Source: Fimbriosthenelais zetlandica
Lineage: Eukaryota
DNA length: 64,000 bases
Direction of reading: 5' to 3'
NCBI GenBank assembly: GCA_977030845.1
Contig: OZ365111.1
Span: 5,890,001-5,954,000 of the forward strand
Shown here: positions 25,724-38,469 of the stretch, piece by piece
Layout of the letters: each line of letters begins with the position of its first letter
Numbering within the stretch: position 1 is the first letter of the stretch
The notes under the pieces: generated by a model
Seen by the model: the letters and a program-made list of their open reading frames with translations, nothing else
What the model was told of the DNA's origin: nothing
Database searches by the model: none
Position numbers and translations under genes: made by a program

Positions 25724-26728
25724 GTGAGTTTTATAATTATGTGATGCTCTTAGCGAATGAAACAATATAGAAAGGAACAATATAATAATATTTGAACTCT
25801 TATATATTATGTAAAAGAAAATAGAGCAAATACCAGCCCTAGAATCTGGGTCAAACAGCCTGAATCCAGATCAAACTAACCTAGACTATCGCTCAAAGCT
25901 TATTCGTCGCAGATCTATTAAAATTGATGTTACACATTCTTTTCTGTCAAATAAGGATGCACTTCAGTAGTAAAACCCCAAGAATAATGGAGAAATATAA
26001 GTAAAATAAAACGCAGTTTTTATACTGCAAATTCTTTTAGCTATATAGGCCTACAGAGCAGGTGAAAAATGCTTTATATAAAGGATGGCCATAATAAATG
26101 TTATCAAATAGAGAAGTGCTGTCATGTTAAGAGATGGATGGTTCTGGATATTTCTTTTCACCGTCTGCGGCTCATATATACAGGAAATATGTTTTTTAAA
26201 CCTGTGCATGTTTTGATCTGATGATGGACTGGAATCCGATACCGATTTGTTTTTATTTTCTGTGTGATTTTATCTTGTACCAAGTAGAGTGACGAGTAAA
26301 TTTTAATTTGCTTGCATAGAGAATAACAATGTTAACGCCTATGGGCAATAATAGGCCACAGTTAGCTCATATGAATGAACAGGGAATATCCCATATCAAT
26401 ATATGTTGATTGTTGATTCAGGTGGGAATTTATTATTATCTCTTTATCAGCTGTCTATCTTATCTTAAAAATTATTGAAAGGATACAATTATTATGTGGC
26501 ACAATTATTAGTTGAAACCTGCATGACGAATTGCATTAATGAAACGGCCCAGAGCATTTCTCAGTACATTAATTACTTTTCTATTAGACATCCATTAGGT
26601 AAATGAAAGTATAATACAGGTGATGTTTATTACTAAGATTCAAAGTATATATAAAAAACATAATACACCTGGAGATAACGGTTAGCAATAATAAGTCAGT
26701 GAGGATTTTTTTAGCTAAAATAGGTCAG

Positions 26729-26791
26729 GGGCCTGTTTCAGAACAGCCATTAGCCATGAGCAATGGGAAATTCTGATGCTGAAACAGGCCT
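26729..26791. mobile_element. MITE family A1
   Basis: CAG|GGGCCTGTTTCAGAACAG...GCTGAAACAGGCCT|CTG. Confidence 0.85.
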
Positions 26792-27149
26792 CTGGTCACT
26801 AATTGACTGCCTTCTATTCCGATCCACTAAGGGTATATGTAGAATACATTGTAGGGGAGATTAAAGGTTATTTCGCTTAACTTGACAGTGAGGCGCGAAT
26901 TTGTAATCAAATTAAGAAAGAAAATGTAGAGGTGATAATAGGCTCATCACAATATGGAAGACAATAGTACTACATCATCACAAGTGCTTGTAGTAATACA
27001 CATACATGTACTTGTGTTCTCATAACTGACAAGGGAAATGACATCATAGTTCAGACCTCTCAATGTCAATCAGCAATATATAGTGTAAACTGAATCTTTA
27101 GTTTGCCTCTATATTGGACATGCTGGTGCACTACATGTGGGAGCCTTGT

Positions 27150-27470
27150 GTCAGTTCACATGTTCTCCCGTATCATGTATGGATCATCACCAACCATCAG
27201 GTCTTGTATCTCATCAGCAGGGCCACCATGGCAACGTTTGCTGAGGAAATTGCAATTTCTAGCCTAGTAGATTCGGTTACAAGTTGGTTTTCAGACTGGA
27301 TCGCAAATGATATCTGCTGGCTTGAAGTGTTCCAGTCTCCTGCAAGCATTCCACCATCACCAGCCAGTGCTAAAAGCCTGGATTAATTCCCTGGTAGATA
27401 GAGCCTTGGTGGAAACACAATGGGGGAGGCAGTAATGTACCAGTTACAATGCATCTTTCTTAGTCTACGA
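27150..27470 (-). mobile_element. Decayed LINE endonuclease (APE-type) fragment, possibly I/Nimb-like
   Basis: Minus-strand translation gives LAGDWNT (GDFN motif), RLEIAISSANVA (LDLAISS-like) and, after a frameshift, QDLMVGDDPY (DxxGSDHxP-like), in the expected order. Confidence 0.5.
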
Positions 27471-29140
27471 GTTCTGCCTTTTTTCTCGCAGGCTCAATAT
27501 CCTATCCCGATAAAACACAATTGCCAGAGCTCACTATGGCCCAACCTAATGTGTCAAGAATGACATCAAGTGGCCCTGGCTTGCTCCATGAAGTGGCAAA
27601 ATAACCAGAGAAACCACAGTCTCGACAGAAAACAGTTTTAACACTGGCGGAGCAAATGTACCACTTACTACTCTTGGGCCTGTAGCGCCCCACAGTGATG
27701 ATCCACAAAAAGTTATTTCATGGAGGCAGTGAAAACACTCATTTTGACACTGGTAAAATTGCTCGGCAGTGGTACCCTAGGACTTCTTGTTTTTCTCCTG
27801 GGTCAGCGCAGAGTTCTGAATGGGGAAAGTTTTGAATGGCTTAAAGAACAAACCAATTTGCTATATATGTTCCTCTTTGTCACTAGACCTTAGGGTAGAT
27901 TGACTGAGCTTAGACAGATCATACAACTTCCCCGTAAGATGGGTTTCCAAATGAGTCTTAAAAGGACCTGCAAGAGGAAAGAACTGAGGACAGACACAGT
28001 ATAAAAGCACGGAAAATATCCTTTCAAGGATGTTCTAAGCTCAGCCCTAGTAAGCCCTTAAAGACCCAGTCGACATATTTGCTTTAAAGGTACCACCCTT
28101 ATTCCACCCATCATTCCACGGGATTATAATAAAGGTAGAAGAATGTATAAAGCTACTGGTGTTCCTTTACAATGGGTTGAAATCCTCACTTACTTGCAAT
28201 GGGCAATCTACCTCAGACAATTCATCTTCCCAGATGTTTAATTGATTGAATGCTACTCAGGTGGAAACATTGGTGGAGACAGAACAGGGCCAAAAACCCT
28301 TAACCCTAGAATTGTAATACACGTCTGTATAACACTTTAAGCTATAGAAAGTATTCATGAGAAATTCCTAATAAGTTAAGTACGCTTTTGTTCTCATTGA
28401 TCACAATACCAAAAGTAGGAGATTTTCTTGCCTCACCAAGAGAGACTCGATTGCCTGACACAAAAGAATTTATTTCCTCTCATCTCATATCTGTCTCGCT
28501 AACGCTTTACGACCACAAAGACGCATTCAATATTAAACACTTGGGGATTGAGTAGAATAAACAGAAGCCACTGTCCAATGTTGGTGCTTTGAAGCAATGA
28601 TTTTGAGGCAGTTCCACGTCAGGTAACCGCCCAGTGTTCCTCATTTTTTTTCGGCTTAGACAGGTCCCACAGGTCGGTTTAAGGAAGTTGTCCCCACGTG
28701 AGCCTCGGGCATGGAGGCTCAAGATAAAGCCATACCCGCCCTCCTGCTCGTCCTCTGGGCTCCCCAGGTCCTCCAATAACGGCCTCCAGTTACGGAGCAT
28801 TTGCCAGGAGGGGCGACCTAGGTAGACCCTGGGTCTCTCGGGTGTTGTTGTGAAGGGAAGCATACTGTTTCAGCCTCGAGGACATGGACCGCCAGCCTTA
28901 AAGGACAACTAGCCCAACTGAGTGGTGAGAAATTCCCTCGTGAAATGCGCCTGCAGCCACACACACCTCCCTGCTATTATGACCTTCGTCTGGTGGGCAA
29001 CCAACCAAGCTTAATCCAGTGCTTTTAAATATTCATATTAGCTGAAGGAGATATGACAGATTTGAGAATTGGTTGTGTGGTTGAGTATAAATTGCACACA
29101 GGGCTTTTATGTAAATAGTGATATCAACTTTTCCCTCTAA

Positions 29141-29351
29141 AGCCGGGTCTCCACTGCGGCGATTTTGCTTGCGACACTACTGCGACGAAGGTGATGCTTG
29201 TGAAGTTGTGTAAGAGTAAAATTTATAAATTGTGGTTCAAGTGTCCAAGGTCTTAAGGCCGTCCTCCAATGGTAAATTTATCATTGAAACACAAGCATCA
29301 CCGTTATCGCAGACGTGTCGCAAGCAAAATCGCAGCAGTGGAGTCCCAGCT
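29141..29351. mobile_element. MITE family B, opposite orientation to the other B copies
   Basis: TAA|AGCCGGGTCTCCACTG...CAGTGGAGTCCCAGCT|TTA. Confidence 0.9.
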
Positions 29352-30218
29352 TTACAGGCTAACTAATACGTTGAGAAACACCTACAAGCCTTTGGTCATA
29401 ATTATCACACTTGCATGTCCATGGTGACCACGGTCCTACAATGTCAACTACATGTGTATACATGGTATGAGAGAGTGGTCGTTTTGATACTGGACGCCTC
29501 TAGATCACTACTTTTATGTAAATAGGCCAATTTTATTCCATCCAATACCTGATGAACAACACTTTTCCTTTTACTAATTAGTCAGGTTTCTGTTTTGCAT
29601 TACACTCCCAGTAGCAAATTGGGCAATATTTGACAACAACAGAAATGATTCAGTTATTTCCATAAGGATTTGGTGTTGTGTGAGAAAGGGCGTCAGTAAT
29701 TCATCGTTGAAGCCGACATTTTATACTTGAAAGGCACCTCGTGAAAGTCCTTGTCAATGGAAAGCAATCCAACGGCTGCCATGTTAATTCCACTATTAGC
29801 ATATAGATTACAAGAATCCTCAGACTGGGAATAGAGACTATGGCTGGCCATGTATGGCCTTGTATAGTTGTCTATACACAGGTATTATATAAACACTTAC
29901 TTAGACATTCTGTCTGCAGGCGCAGGCAATGCTATTCCTTCTCTATCTTTGCCACTCTATGTCCTATAAGTCATAATTAGGCTTACTGCGGATTCAAGGG
30001 AGATGGACGACTTAAAGAATTGTCCTCAAGGCCTGTGGCCTCAGAAGTTTATATTATTCAAGCTAAGGAATGGATGTTTTTCATTGTTTTTTTTTTCAGA
30101 AATCCAGATCAGTGCCTATAATTATTTTTGTTGTACTTTCTTCTCCATTCATGGTTGTAGTTTTTACACATATCGTCACCTTAAATCGCTATGATGTTTT
30201 TGCAAGGACCCTAATCAG

Positions 30219-30416
30219 GGGCCTGTTTCAGAACAACGATTAGCAATGCAAAGTCGGTGGGAAATATTTACGCTGAAACAGACCCTAGAGCTCATGGGGT
30301 CTGTTTCAAAAGGAATGTTAGCAATGTTAATTCTATAGACATATCCATTTTAAAAAACAGGCTTCTGGGGCCTGTTTCAGAACAACTATGGGAATTTTCT
30401 ACGCTGAAACGGGCCC
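30219..30416. mobile_element. Three abutting MITE family A copies (A1, A2, shortened A1)
   Basis: Elements at ~30219-30284, 30297-30364 and 30368-30416, each with GGG(C/T)CTGTTTCA and (TG)AAAC(A/G)GGCCC-like ends. Confidence 0.85.
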
Positions 30417-31379
30417 CAGGTGTATGTACAGTTTGCTGCAATCATGAAATGATTATTTATAATAATAACAACCCTGATTTACTTGTCCAGTAAATCGCTA
30501 CCAGCATTTCCTCATTTTCATCGAGCGGACGACATGTCCTATATTATATTTCCTCATTCATATATTTTTACCGTGCCAGGTTGTTGAGATGCATAGCCAT
30601 ATTCCCCGAGAAGAGATACCTCTGCATCAACTCATCTGACACCTGTCAATATATTTCATCAGAGGCCAGGTCTGTAATGACCCTAGAGAAGGCCCTAACC
30701 TCGGGACCAGTGACCTTCTAGATGAATTGGTTAGAGGATGAAAGCCTAGAAGGGCCTTATAGTGAGGGGGAGAAGCTGTGACCGTACCCAGATCATGTAG
30801 AGGAGCACACTTGTAAACATTTGACATTGATGACGTCATAAATGATCTCCTTAACGTCATCTCTGATAACGTCATCGGTGCTTGAACCATCCAAATATGG
30901 GGGATGTTAAGGTCCGTGAGCATGAGGGATATAGTCGTCGTCATGAGGTTAGTATGAAATGTACGACCTGCACATAAATGCACAGTTGTTATCAGCAAAA
31001 CACCAGTTAGGGACCATGATGCGAATGAGCTTTTAACATGCGAGCCTAGTGAGATAAATATAATAGTGTAATATATATGTAAAAGGGTGGAAACATGGAC
31101 AGTTGCATAGAAGGACAAGCCTTCTATATATACATAGGTCCCATACTATGTAATTCGGTGACTCTTTTACACTAATGTGATATACTGCAAATTGGTTCTT
31201 TGCTCAAGCATTATCTTTTTTAGTTACAGGAAATTAAAGGAGATCTAAGTTTGTGTTAGTATAAGGCCAGTATAGCAATCTGGGCGTGTGAAATTGCCCG
31301 TGTTCCCGCATTGCCCTTTATCAACTTACCTCTAGGATTTACTCTAGACTTTGCTGCATGAATTGGAACTAATCATGAT

Positions 31380-31800
31380 CTGTGAGGGGTGAATTTGGAC
31401 CCTATAGAGTCAGAGCATCCCAACAATGGAAGATGGAGGGGTTTGCTGGGGCACCGGGATTGTTGTCTAGGCACGTTCACACCCAATACATCCTGCCATC
31501 GATTGCTATCCTTCCCAATCCATTGTTCAATTTGCAAAATTGCTCCCACAGTGGTCTATGTACAGAGATCTAGGGAGAAGGTCGATACTTATATGATTGC
31601 ACTTAATGTTATCGATCATTTTTGTGTTCTTAGACAATTTGCATCGTGTAATTCTTGCGGTATTTAATCCTTGGCAAAAATCCATAGGTGTATTGGGAAG
31701 GGGCAGCTTTGGAGTATAATTACTAGTTTTCTAAGACTTTTCCAAGCACCTACTGTGCACAATGGATTAGATACACAATTCTTGCCCAGCTTCTCAATCA
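31380..31800 (-). mobile_element. Decayed LINE reverse-transcriptase fragment
   Basis: Minus strand: VLGKVLEN** then YGFLP, then SIDL (DLxKAF position) and GSKFTP (GSxLSP position), in RT domain order with stops and frameshifts. Confidence 0.5.
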
Positions 31801-32237
31801 ATAACCTGTTTATTTCGGTCGCTGGATGGATGAACTACTTCGAACAAAAGCACAGCCTTACTACATTGTAAGGCAGAGTCAATATGATTTAAGCTTGGCC
31901 ACCACTCTTTATGACACCCGCAAATAGACCTATTTACTGGAGGTCGGCTCCCAAACAAGCTTCATTATGGAGAACTGAAGTTGCCATTAACATTTCTCAG
32001 GAACGGGAAAATGTCTTGCTGGGCCAGTCAAGCCCACATCAAGGATTTCTGAAGCCTGATTGAACCTACCAAATAATGGGTTTACGATAACAAGCACTAT
32101 AGGTAATACATTTTGGGTTTTTTTCTGTCAAACATGGTTTTAACAACATGGTCATATCACCATATATTATGGGCAGAGGTGTATTAGTGTATACTGTCAA
32201 TACATTATACTGCCAGAGGCCTACCGTCAAAGTATAA

Positions 32238-32448
32238 AGCCGGGACTCCACTGCTGCGATTTTGTTTGCGACACGTCTGCGACAAAGGTGATGCTTATGT
32301 TTCAATGATAAATTTACCATTGGAGGACGGCCTTAAGGCCTTGGACCCTTGAACCACAATTTATAAATTTTATTCTTACACAACTTCACAAGCATCACCT
32401 TTGTCGCAGTAGTGTCGCAAGCAAAATCGCAGCAGTGGAGTCCCGGCT
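32238..32448. mobile_element. MITE family B, best-preserved copy
   Basis: TAA|AGCCGGGACTCCACTGCTGCGATTTTG...AAAATCGCAGCAGTGGAGTCCCGGCT|TTA. Confidence 0.92.
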
Positions 32449-32813
32449 TTAGGGACTTAAAATAATGTATAATAATTTTGTGCAGACCCACACATTGCCT
32501 ATATATTTTATGATCTAGATTATCTAAGATGTTCTGGAACCAACTCATCACAGCTCTTCACAGAAAATCTTGGGAAAGTATGTCAAAATATCGCTAACAA
32601 TAAATTTATTATAAATCATGACAGCACGGAATGGCCCATAAGGAAATAAATGCACCACGTTCCAAAGTGCACGGAGTTGAGAAATGGAGAGAACAAGGAT
32701 TACATAATAAAATTGCTCATAATCATGATAAAAAGCCTTACTGCATAGATAATTAAAAAAAAACTATAAAAAGTACAGATATTTTCAACGCAGCTTAATT
32801 ATAGTAACAACAG

Positions 32814-32884
32814 GGGCCTGTTTCAGCGCAAAAGAAAATCCCATATATACTTAGCATTGCTAATGGCTGTTCTGAAACGGGTCC
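32814..32884. mobile_element. MITE family A1 (reverse)
   Basis: CAG|GGGCCTGTTTCAGCG...TTCTGAAACGGGTCC|CTG. Confidence 0.85.
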
Positions 32885-33610
32885 CTGAAGTGCCATTTTT
32901 TAACAAGCACAATAAGCAAGACTCTCGATGATAGACACGTTAACAACTCCTTTAATTAATAAGGCCAATGGATGAAGCGTTTTCGCTTCAGAATTATCAA
33001 GACAGGCGTGACTATCTTAACTTGGGCCATGCATCATGGCCAGAAAGGGAAAAAACCCTCCTGTTCTGCTTTTGTACCAAGACAAAGACCTGAAACATGG
33101 TGGCAGAACATTGCCATTAGGCCGAGGAACTGGTTAATGGCATTAGCTTCATTGTTCCTCAAAACAAGCAACACCCGCACTGCACAAAGAATACTAAAAT
33201 AACGGGAAGCACTTATCAATGGTGTGGTTGTCAATCAATCTATTTGCATCTTATAGCTATCATCCTTAGATGATCCTATAGGATGCAGTAGATTGATATA
33301 TTGATTATGATATACATGATTATAATTTTTTTTTCTTGAATTATTATGTGGAATTCTTTTTTAGAATTCTATATATGGGTTCATTAAATAGCTGTAAAAG
33401 GCAAAATGGACCAATATTTTAAAATTATTAATTATCAAAAAGGTACAATTAATAGGATGTTCAATAGAATTATGTCACATAGTCATGCAATGAAACATAA
33501 ATTATATGAAAACTTAACTTAACTTTATAATAATTCAGCTTTCTTCAACATTCATAAAATTACACTCATAAAGTAATTTGTAGCCTGTAATGATATATTC
33601 AGTACTACTG

Positions 33611-33761
33611 GAGCTTGTTTCAAAATAAAAGGGATATTAGCAGTCCTAAGTCTATGGCTTACATTCATTTTGAACATTTTGAAACAGGCCCCAGGAGCCT
33701 GAGCCTGAACAACCATTAGCAATCTCTATGGTCCCGAAATATTTTACGCTGAAACAGGCCC
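33611..33761. mobile_element. Two abutting MITE family A copies sharing a CAG junction
   Basis: CTG|gagcttgtttcaaa...gaaacaggccc|CAG|gagcctg...acgctgaaacaggccc|caa. Confidence 0.8.
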
Positions 33762-34805
33762 CAAAACCTAAGGGTTTTATGAAGATAATAGAAGTCGATA
33801 AGCGTTGAAAATATATAGGATCCCAAGACCACAAGCTATTGCCAATAGCAGCTGTTTCAGCTGGAATAAAGTACGTGTCACTTGCGGTGTAGTAATAGCT
33901 TTCTGCCCGATTTGGCCGTCATCACCCAATAGGGCCTTTGTAGACGCATGTATCTCATACAGTTCAAGGCCAGGTTATGCTTGGGGGTGTGGCAAAAGCA
34001 TCACCAGTTATAAAGCCACTAGTACTAAATCACAACTTATGGATTTTATGAGATGGCCTTTTTTATTCACAACATATGATGCATGTAGCATTTTCCCCCA
34101 TTCTGGCTTCACGCGACAGGCCCTGTTCAATTGTGAGGCATTTGGGCGGCCAAGGGAAACAGAAATAACTTGAGTAGTAGTATGCGTACTTTTTATACTG
34201 TTCTTAACAGTCCACGGAGTTTGTAAAGATATTACGAGCATTACATCCTGCTCATTGTGAGTGAAGAATGACATTCACTCATAAATTCTTGATAGCATAA
34301 TCAATGTATTACCCAGTCTCTGTATTGTGTAGGCAGAAAAAATTGCGATGCTCAAGCAAGTGTAGCGGGTTTAGAGTTGGCGCCTACTCCAGGCTTAGAG
34401 CCGGATTTGAGTGGGCTCTCAGCGCCATTTTTCACAGGAAGATGCCCGGTTACTGCAAACACTGATAGATTCTCTGTAAGGCCTGCAACTATAGCTGTGC
34501 ACAAATCAGGCAAACCATTATTAGCAAAATATCATTTATGCGAAAATGTAAAATTTTATACTGTTACAGATAGGTAAGGATTTGCTGGTATAATTTTAGG
34601 TAAAATTATTAATACATGCCAGTGAGTTAATGCATGTTCTATAGTGGCACGGTAATTACAGTTCCTAAAATACAAACCCATGCAAGCTTCACCCGCATAT
34701 TGAGGACCCTGCCGAGTGGAGGCCACATAATGTACAAGTACTTTGTAATGCCAATCACGCTGTCCATGAATCCTGGCCATACATTAATATGATGGAAAAC
34801 ATTTG

Positions 34806-34959
34806 GGGCCCGTTTCAGCGCAAAGATTTCCCATGGACTTAGCATTGCTGATGGTTGTTGTGAAACAGGCCCCTGGTCTCAAATATAAAACAGGGCCTGT
34901 TTCAGAACAATCCATTAGGAATGCTAAGTCTATGGGAATTTTTAAGCTGAAACAGGCCC
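34806..34959. mobile_element. Two MITE family A1 copies in opposite orientation
   Basis: 34806-34872 and 34894-34959, each with GGGCC(C/T)GTTTCAG/TGAAACAGGCCC ends and the ctaagtctatggga core. Confidence 0.85.
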
Positions 34960-35910
34960 CTGATGACACACTTTTGGCAGTGAAGTAAACCCTTTTTTAT
35001 TTCCAGGTTTTCATTTGGAAGGTCTTTAAAAAATTAAGTGTGGCATTTGAATCAATTTATGCTGAGCAAATTGGATAAATGGGAACGTGTTAATGTTGGT
35101 CTGAAAAAGGACAAATTATGTAATCATTTTAGCGATTTTACACACATCACCGACAGGAAGAAAAAGAAAAGCACTTTTTTAATTTGCAAAACCCATATAT
35201 TATTGAAAAGTGTTGCATGATTGAAAAAGACCTTTTGTTTCATAGGGAACTTTTAAAAAGTGAAAGGAGAAAATTTATTGGTCAGCTTCATCTAAAAATT
35301 AAAAAGTATTTCTTCATTTAAAAATGTAGATGAAGCCAGCCAAAAGTCATCTCCACAAAAATAGAGACGCGGGTATTATCCTTCCTTTCAATTTTCCTGT
35401 ATTATACTTTTTTGGATTAATGTACTTTGCAAAAAAAACAGTTTTAAGTTTCTCCCATTATAACTTAAAACTTCTAAATGGAGCATACGTTTGTACTTTC
35501 ACTTGAACCATTTCTCTGATCAATTCTAACAAAAACTGTTATTTAAAATTATGAATTGGAATCAGTAATAATTAGAACGCTCAAGAAGATTATTTTACAG
35601 CAGCATAACCCAATCAATTTGGTTCAAGATAGATTTTCGTACAAAATGAGATAATTTCAAAATTGTCAATTGAATTAACATCAATTTGCTGGAAAATGAG
35701 ATGAAAACTGTTGCAGTACAGTTCAGTATTGTTATGGAGCCATGACATAAAAATGCAATTTAAATACAAAATCTTCTGCATCATTACATCCATTTACATA
35801 TTTTGCTCACATTTCCCAAATTACAGTCCCCAAACCATGAACAAAGGAGTCAAGAGGCGCTGTTTTCAGTTTAATTGAATCCGCCAGCAAGTTCTCTCTT
35901 GTGCTTACAG

Positions 35911-36015
35911 CATATTGCTGACTGCTGCTGGTTCAGATTCCTTTTATGCTCTCATTCAGTCTGTAATAGATGAAATAGGATCTAAAGGACAATGCATTGT
36001 CTTTATTTCTGATAG
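35911..36015 (+). CDS. Candidate 105-nt coding exon (ILLTAAGSDSFYALIQSVIDEIGSKGQCIVFISDR), product unknown
   Basis: Strong acceptor ttctctcttgtgcttacag|, donor AG|gtttgc, symmetric phase 2, protein-like composition. Confidence 0.35.
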
Positions 36016-36484
36016 GTTTGCATGGAGTTCACATGCAGGAGCTCTTTCTTGAGCCTCCATTCTCCCAATTAAAACACTCTAACGGCATGGCAACTATGTC
36101 AGGCGAAGTAATTCTGTTTCAATGAAAGTATAGCTAATTCAATAGGTCATTTGGTTTAGTGGTCAATTTCAGGATAATATATGCATTGCTTAGTATATCC
36201 CTTCCGCATCTGTCTTAATAATTGAGCTAAATAAGGACTCTGGAGAAATCCAATAGAAATTGAGGGCTTTCATTGGGTATTTCCTTAATGGTCCTTTATC
36301 CAATAGAAGCGACTGGTAATTTGAAGGGAAGCAAAACATTTTATTTTCTTAAAGCTTTCAAGTTCATGACATTATCTCCGCAGAATGCCTAACATTAGCT
36401 AACTAAATACATTTAGTGCAAGTACGCAAATTTAGTTACTGACAGGAAAGTCACATAATTATATGTTTCATAAAATTATGTCAG

Positions 36485-36550
36485 GGGTCTGTTTCAGAAC
36501 AACAATTAGCAATGCTAAGTCTATCAAGTCTATGGGAAATTTTGGGCATA
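36485..36550. mobile_element. MITE family A1, left part
   Basis: CAG|gggtctgtttcagaacaacaattagcaatgctaagtctat(caagtctat)ggga with a 9-bp internal duplication. Confidence 0.75.
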
Positions 36551-38469
36551 TAAAACGCTTGTTCTGTTCAAGATATTACTTTGGCCAAAGCTGTTGGCTA
36601 TAATGCAGGATTGTATTAATTTTTGAGGAGTATATAATTATAGGCTATGTATAAAATCTTTCACGTAACATTAAGACCGAAACTATATTTAAAAAAAATT
36701 AAATAAGTAAATAAGAAAAAATATCCAAAGTAAAAAATGAGGACAGCAGATTTATCTGTGTCAATATTAAATTTGGAATGTTGATAATACAGGAAGCAGA
36801 AACATCTTGGATCATAACAACTGAGAAAATGATGCATTCCATGCATACAATTTCGAGGATATATGAGTGGGGATGTAAAATGTCAGGTAAGAATAGCGTG
36901 ATTAGATTAATGTCAGAGTGCAGGCAGTCATATCTGTATAGGAACAGGTATAAGTAGGGATTTCATTTCACTCCAGAGGCTCGCCTATCTTTACCTTAGA
37001 TCTATATCTATACGGGCATGGTTCATACCTTGCAGTATAATATATCTCACATGTGACTATCTATCATGGCAAAGGTCATTAACCTAAAGGACAACTTTCC
37101 TCCATTGAATTCTCCATTTCACCCCTCTTAAGATTCCATCTAAGCCAGAACCCGCGCAAAGCTTTGCTTGGCGATGATCTCAAATTCTAAGAGTTATAAC
37201 AAAAAGCTGGGGTTTTTACTATTAAGGTGTAAGGGGGTAATTCTGGTGGATCTCACGGTTAGGAGCCAATAAAGCAGGGATTAAGCACAGCTGAGGCACG
37301 TAAATCCTCCCCAACTCCCGGAAAAGGGGACAACAGGGGTATTGGTTGGGTGATTGACGGGGGTGTCAATACTAGTGCCACTTTGTGCCCCGACCCGCGC
37401 TACAAATTACCTGAATAAAGGCCTCCTGTACATAGCTCTGCCGGACCGAGCATATGAATCCCCATCCAAACGCCAGGCAAATTTATGATGCGCGCGCAAA
37501 TCAGGTCACATTGCATGAGCAGCTCTGCTACTGCAACGTCTCAACTCAAGAAGCTATCTTTTTGGTGCCTGGCGCCAATGAAGCGTCACCAAAATGTCCC
37601 ATTCTCAATGGCACGCCTATATAGATGTTTCTAAAGTGGGCATATAGAGGGCTCTCTGTCACAGCAGATGGCAGTGAGCTTCTATGAGCTGCTCTCCACT
37701 CCACCTCGGTTATTCTCACAGACTAGCGTTTCCTAACCGTGACATTTTTCACACTTGAAGAGGAGCAATGGAGGAAAGCCTCAGGAGTGTTGTTATGATA
37801 ATTGTAATTTAGGGGCTTGCCTAATTATCCCCCTTTTAGGAGGGATGCTCCTTTTCTTGCTGGGGGAAGGAACAATAATTCTGAATGAGAAAAGCGGTCC
37901 CAACTTGTAGAAGCAATTGAAGCTTTCATGCATGCCATTCAAGTAATATCAGCTCCAAGTCTCCTTATCTAATAGTAGGCCATCATAATGGAAATGTATT
38001 GCCAATAAAGTGCTCACAGCGTGTGTTGTTAAGGGGATAATATTCTAGTGTGATAAGTTATAATGCTTGTTTCCCTGGTTAAAACATGGCTGAATCACAA
38101 TAGATGGTGATTGAGAAGATTCAATGAATATAAAATGTCATTGTTCAAACCAAGACTAATGGGTTGATATTTGTGTGGGTGAATATACAAAAATAAAGTC
38201 TCTGGGGATGAAATATGTAGCGATTGTTCACCCTTCACCAACCAGTCCCCACCCAGGCACAACCGCGTGCACCACCTTCAACTCAAGTGGCTGAATTATC
38301 TTCACTTGGCTATTTGTACTGCAGCCATACATAAAGGGAATTATCTTTGGAAGAAGTCTGGCTAGGGAGTTTTAACGTCGCCATTCCCCCATGCCAGCTA
38401 CTTTTTTTTTTAAACCAAGATCGTGGTACGTAATACTGGAGCCATTTTATGCGAGTTAGACCGAGATAC

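Noticed and set aside
27810-27860. SKLSPF as the start of a Nimb/I ORF1
   Set aside because: Single short motif, far too close to the endonuclease fragment.
30627-31118. 163-aa ORF, the longest in the track, or an RNase H remnant (YLDGS in another frame)
   Set aside because: Thr/Met-rich non-protein-like sequence; the alternative frame has many stops and sits too close to the RT fragment for normal LINE spacing.
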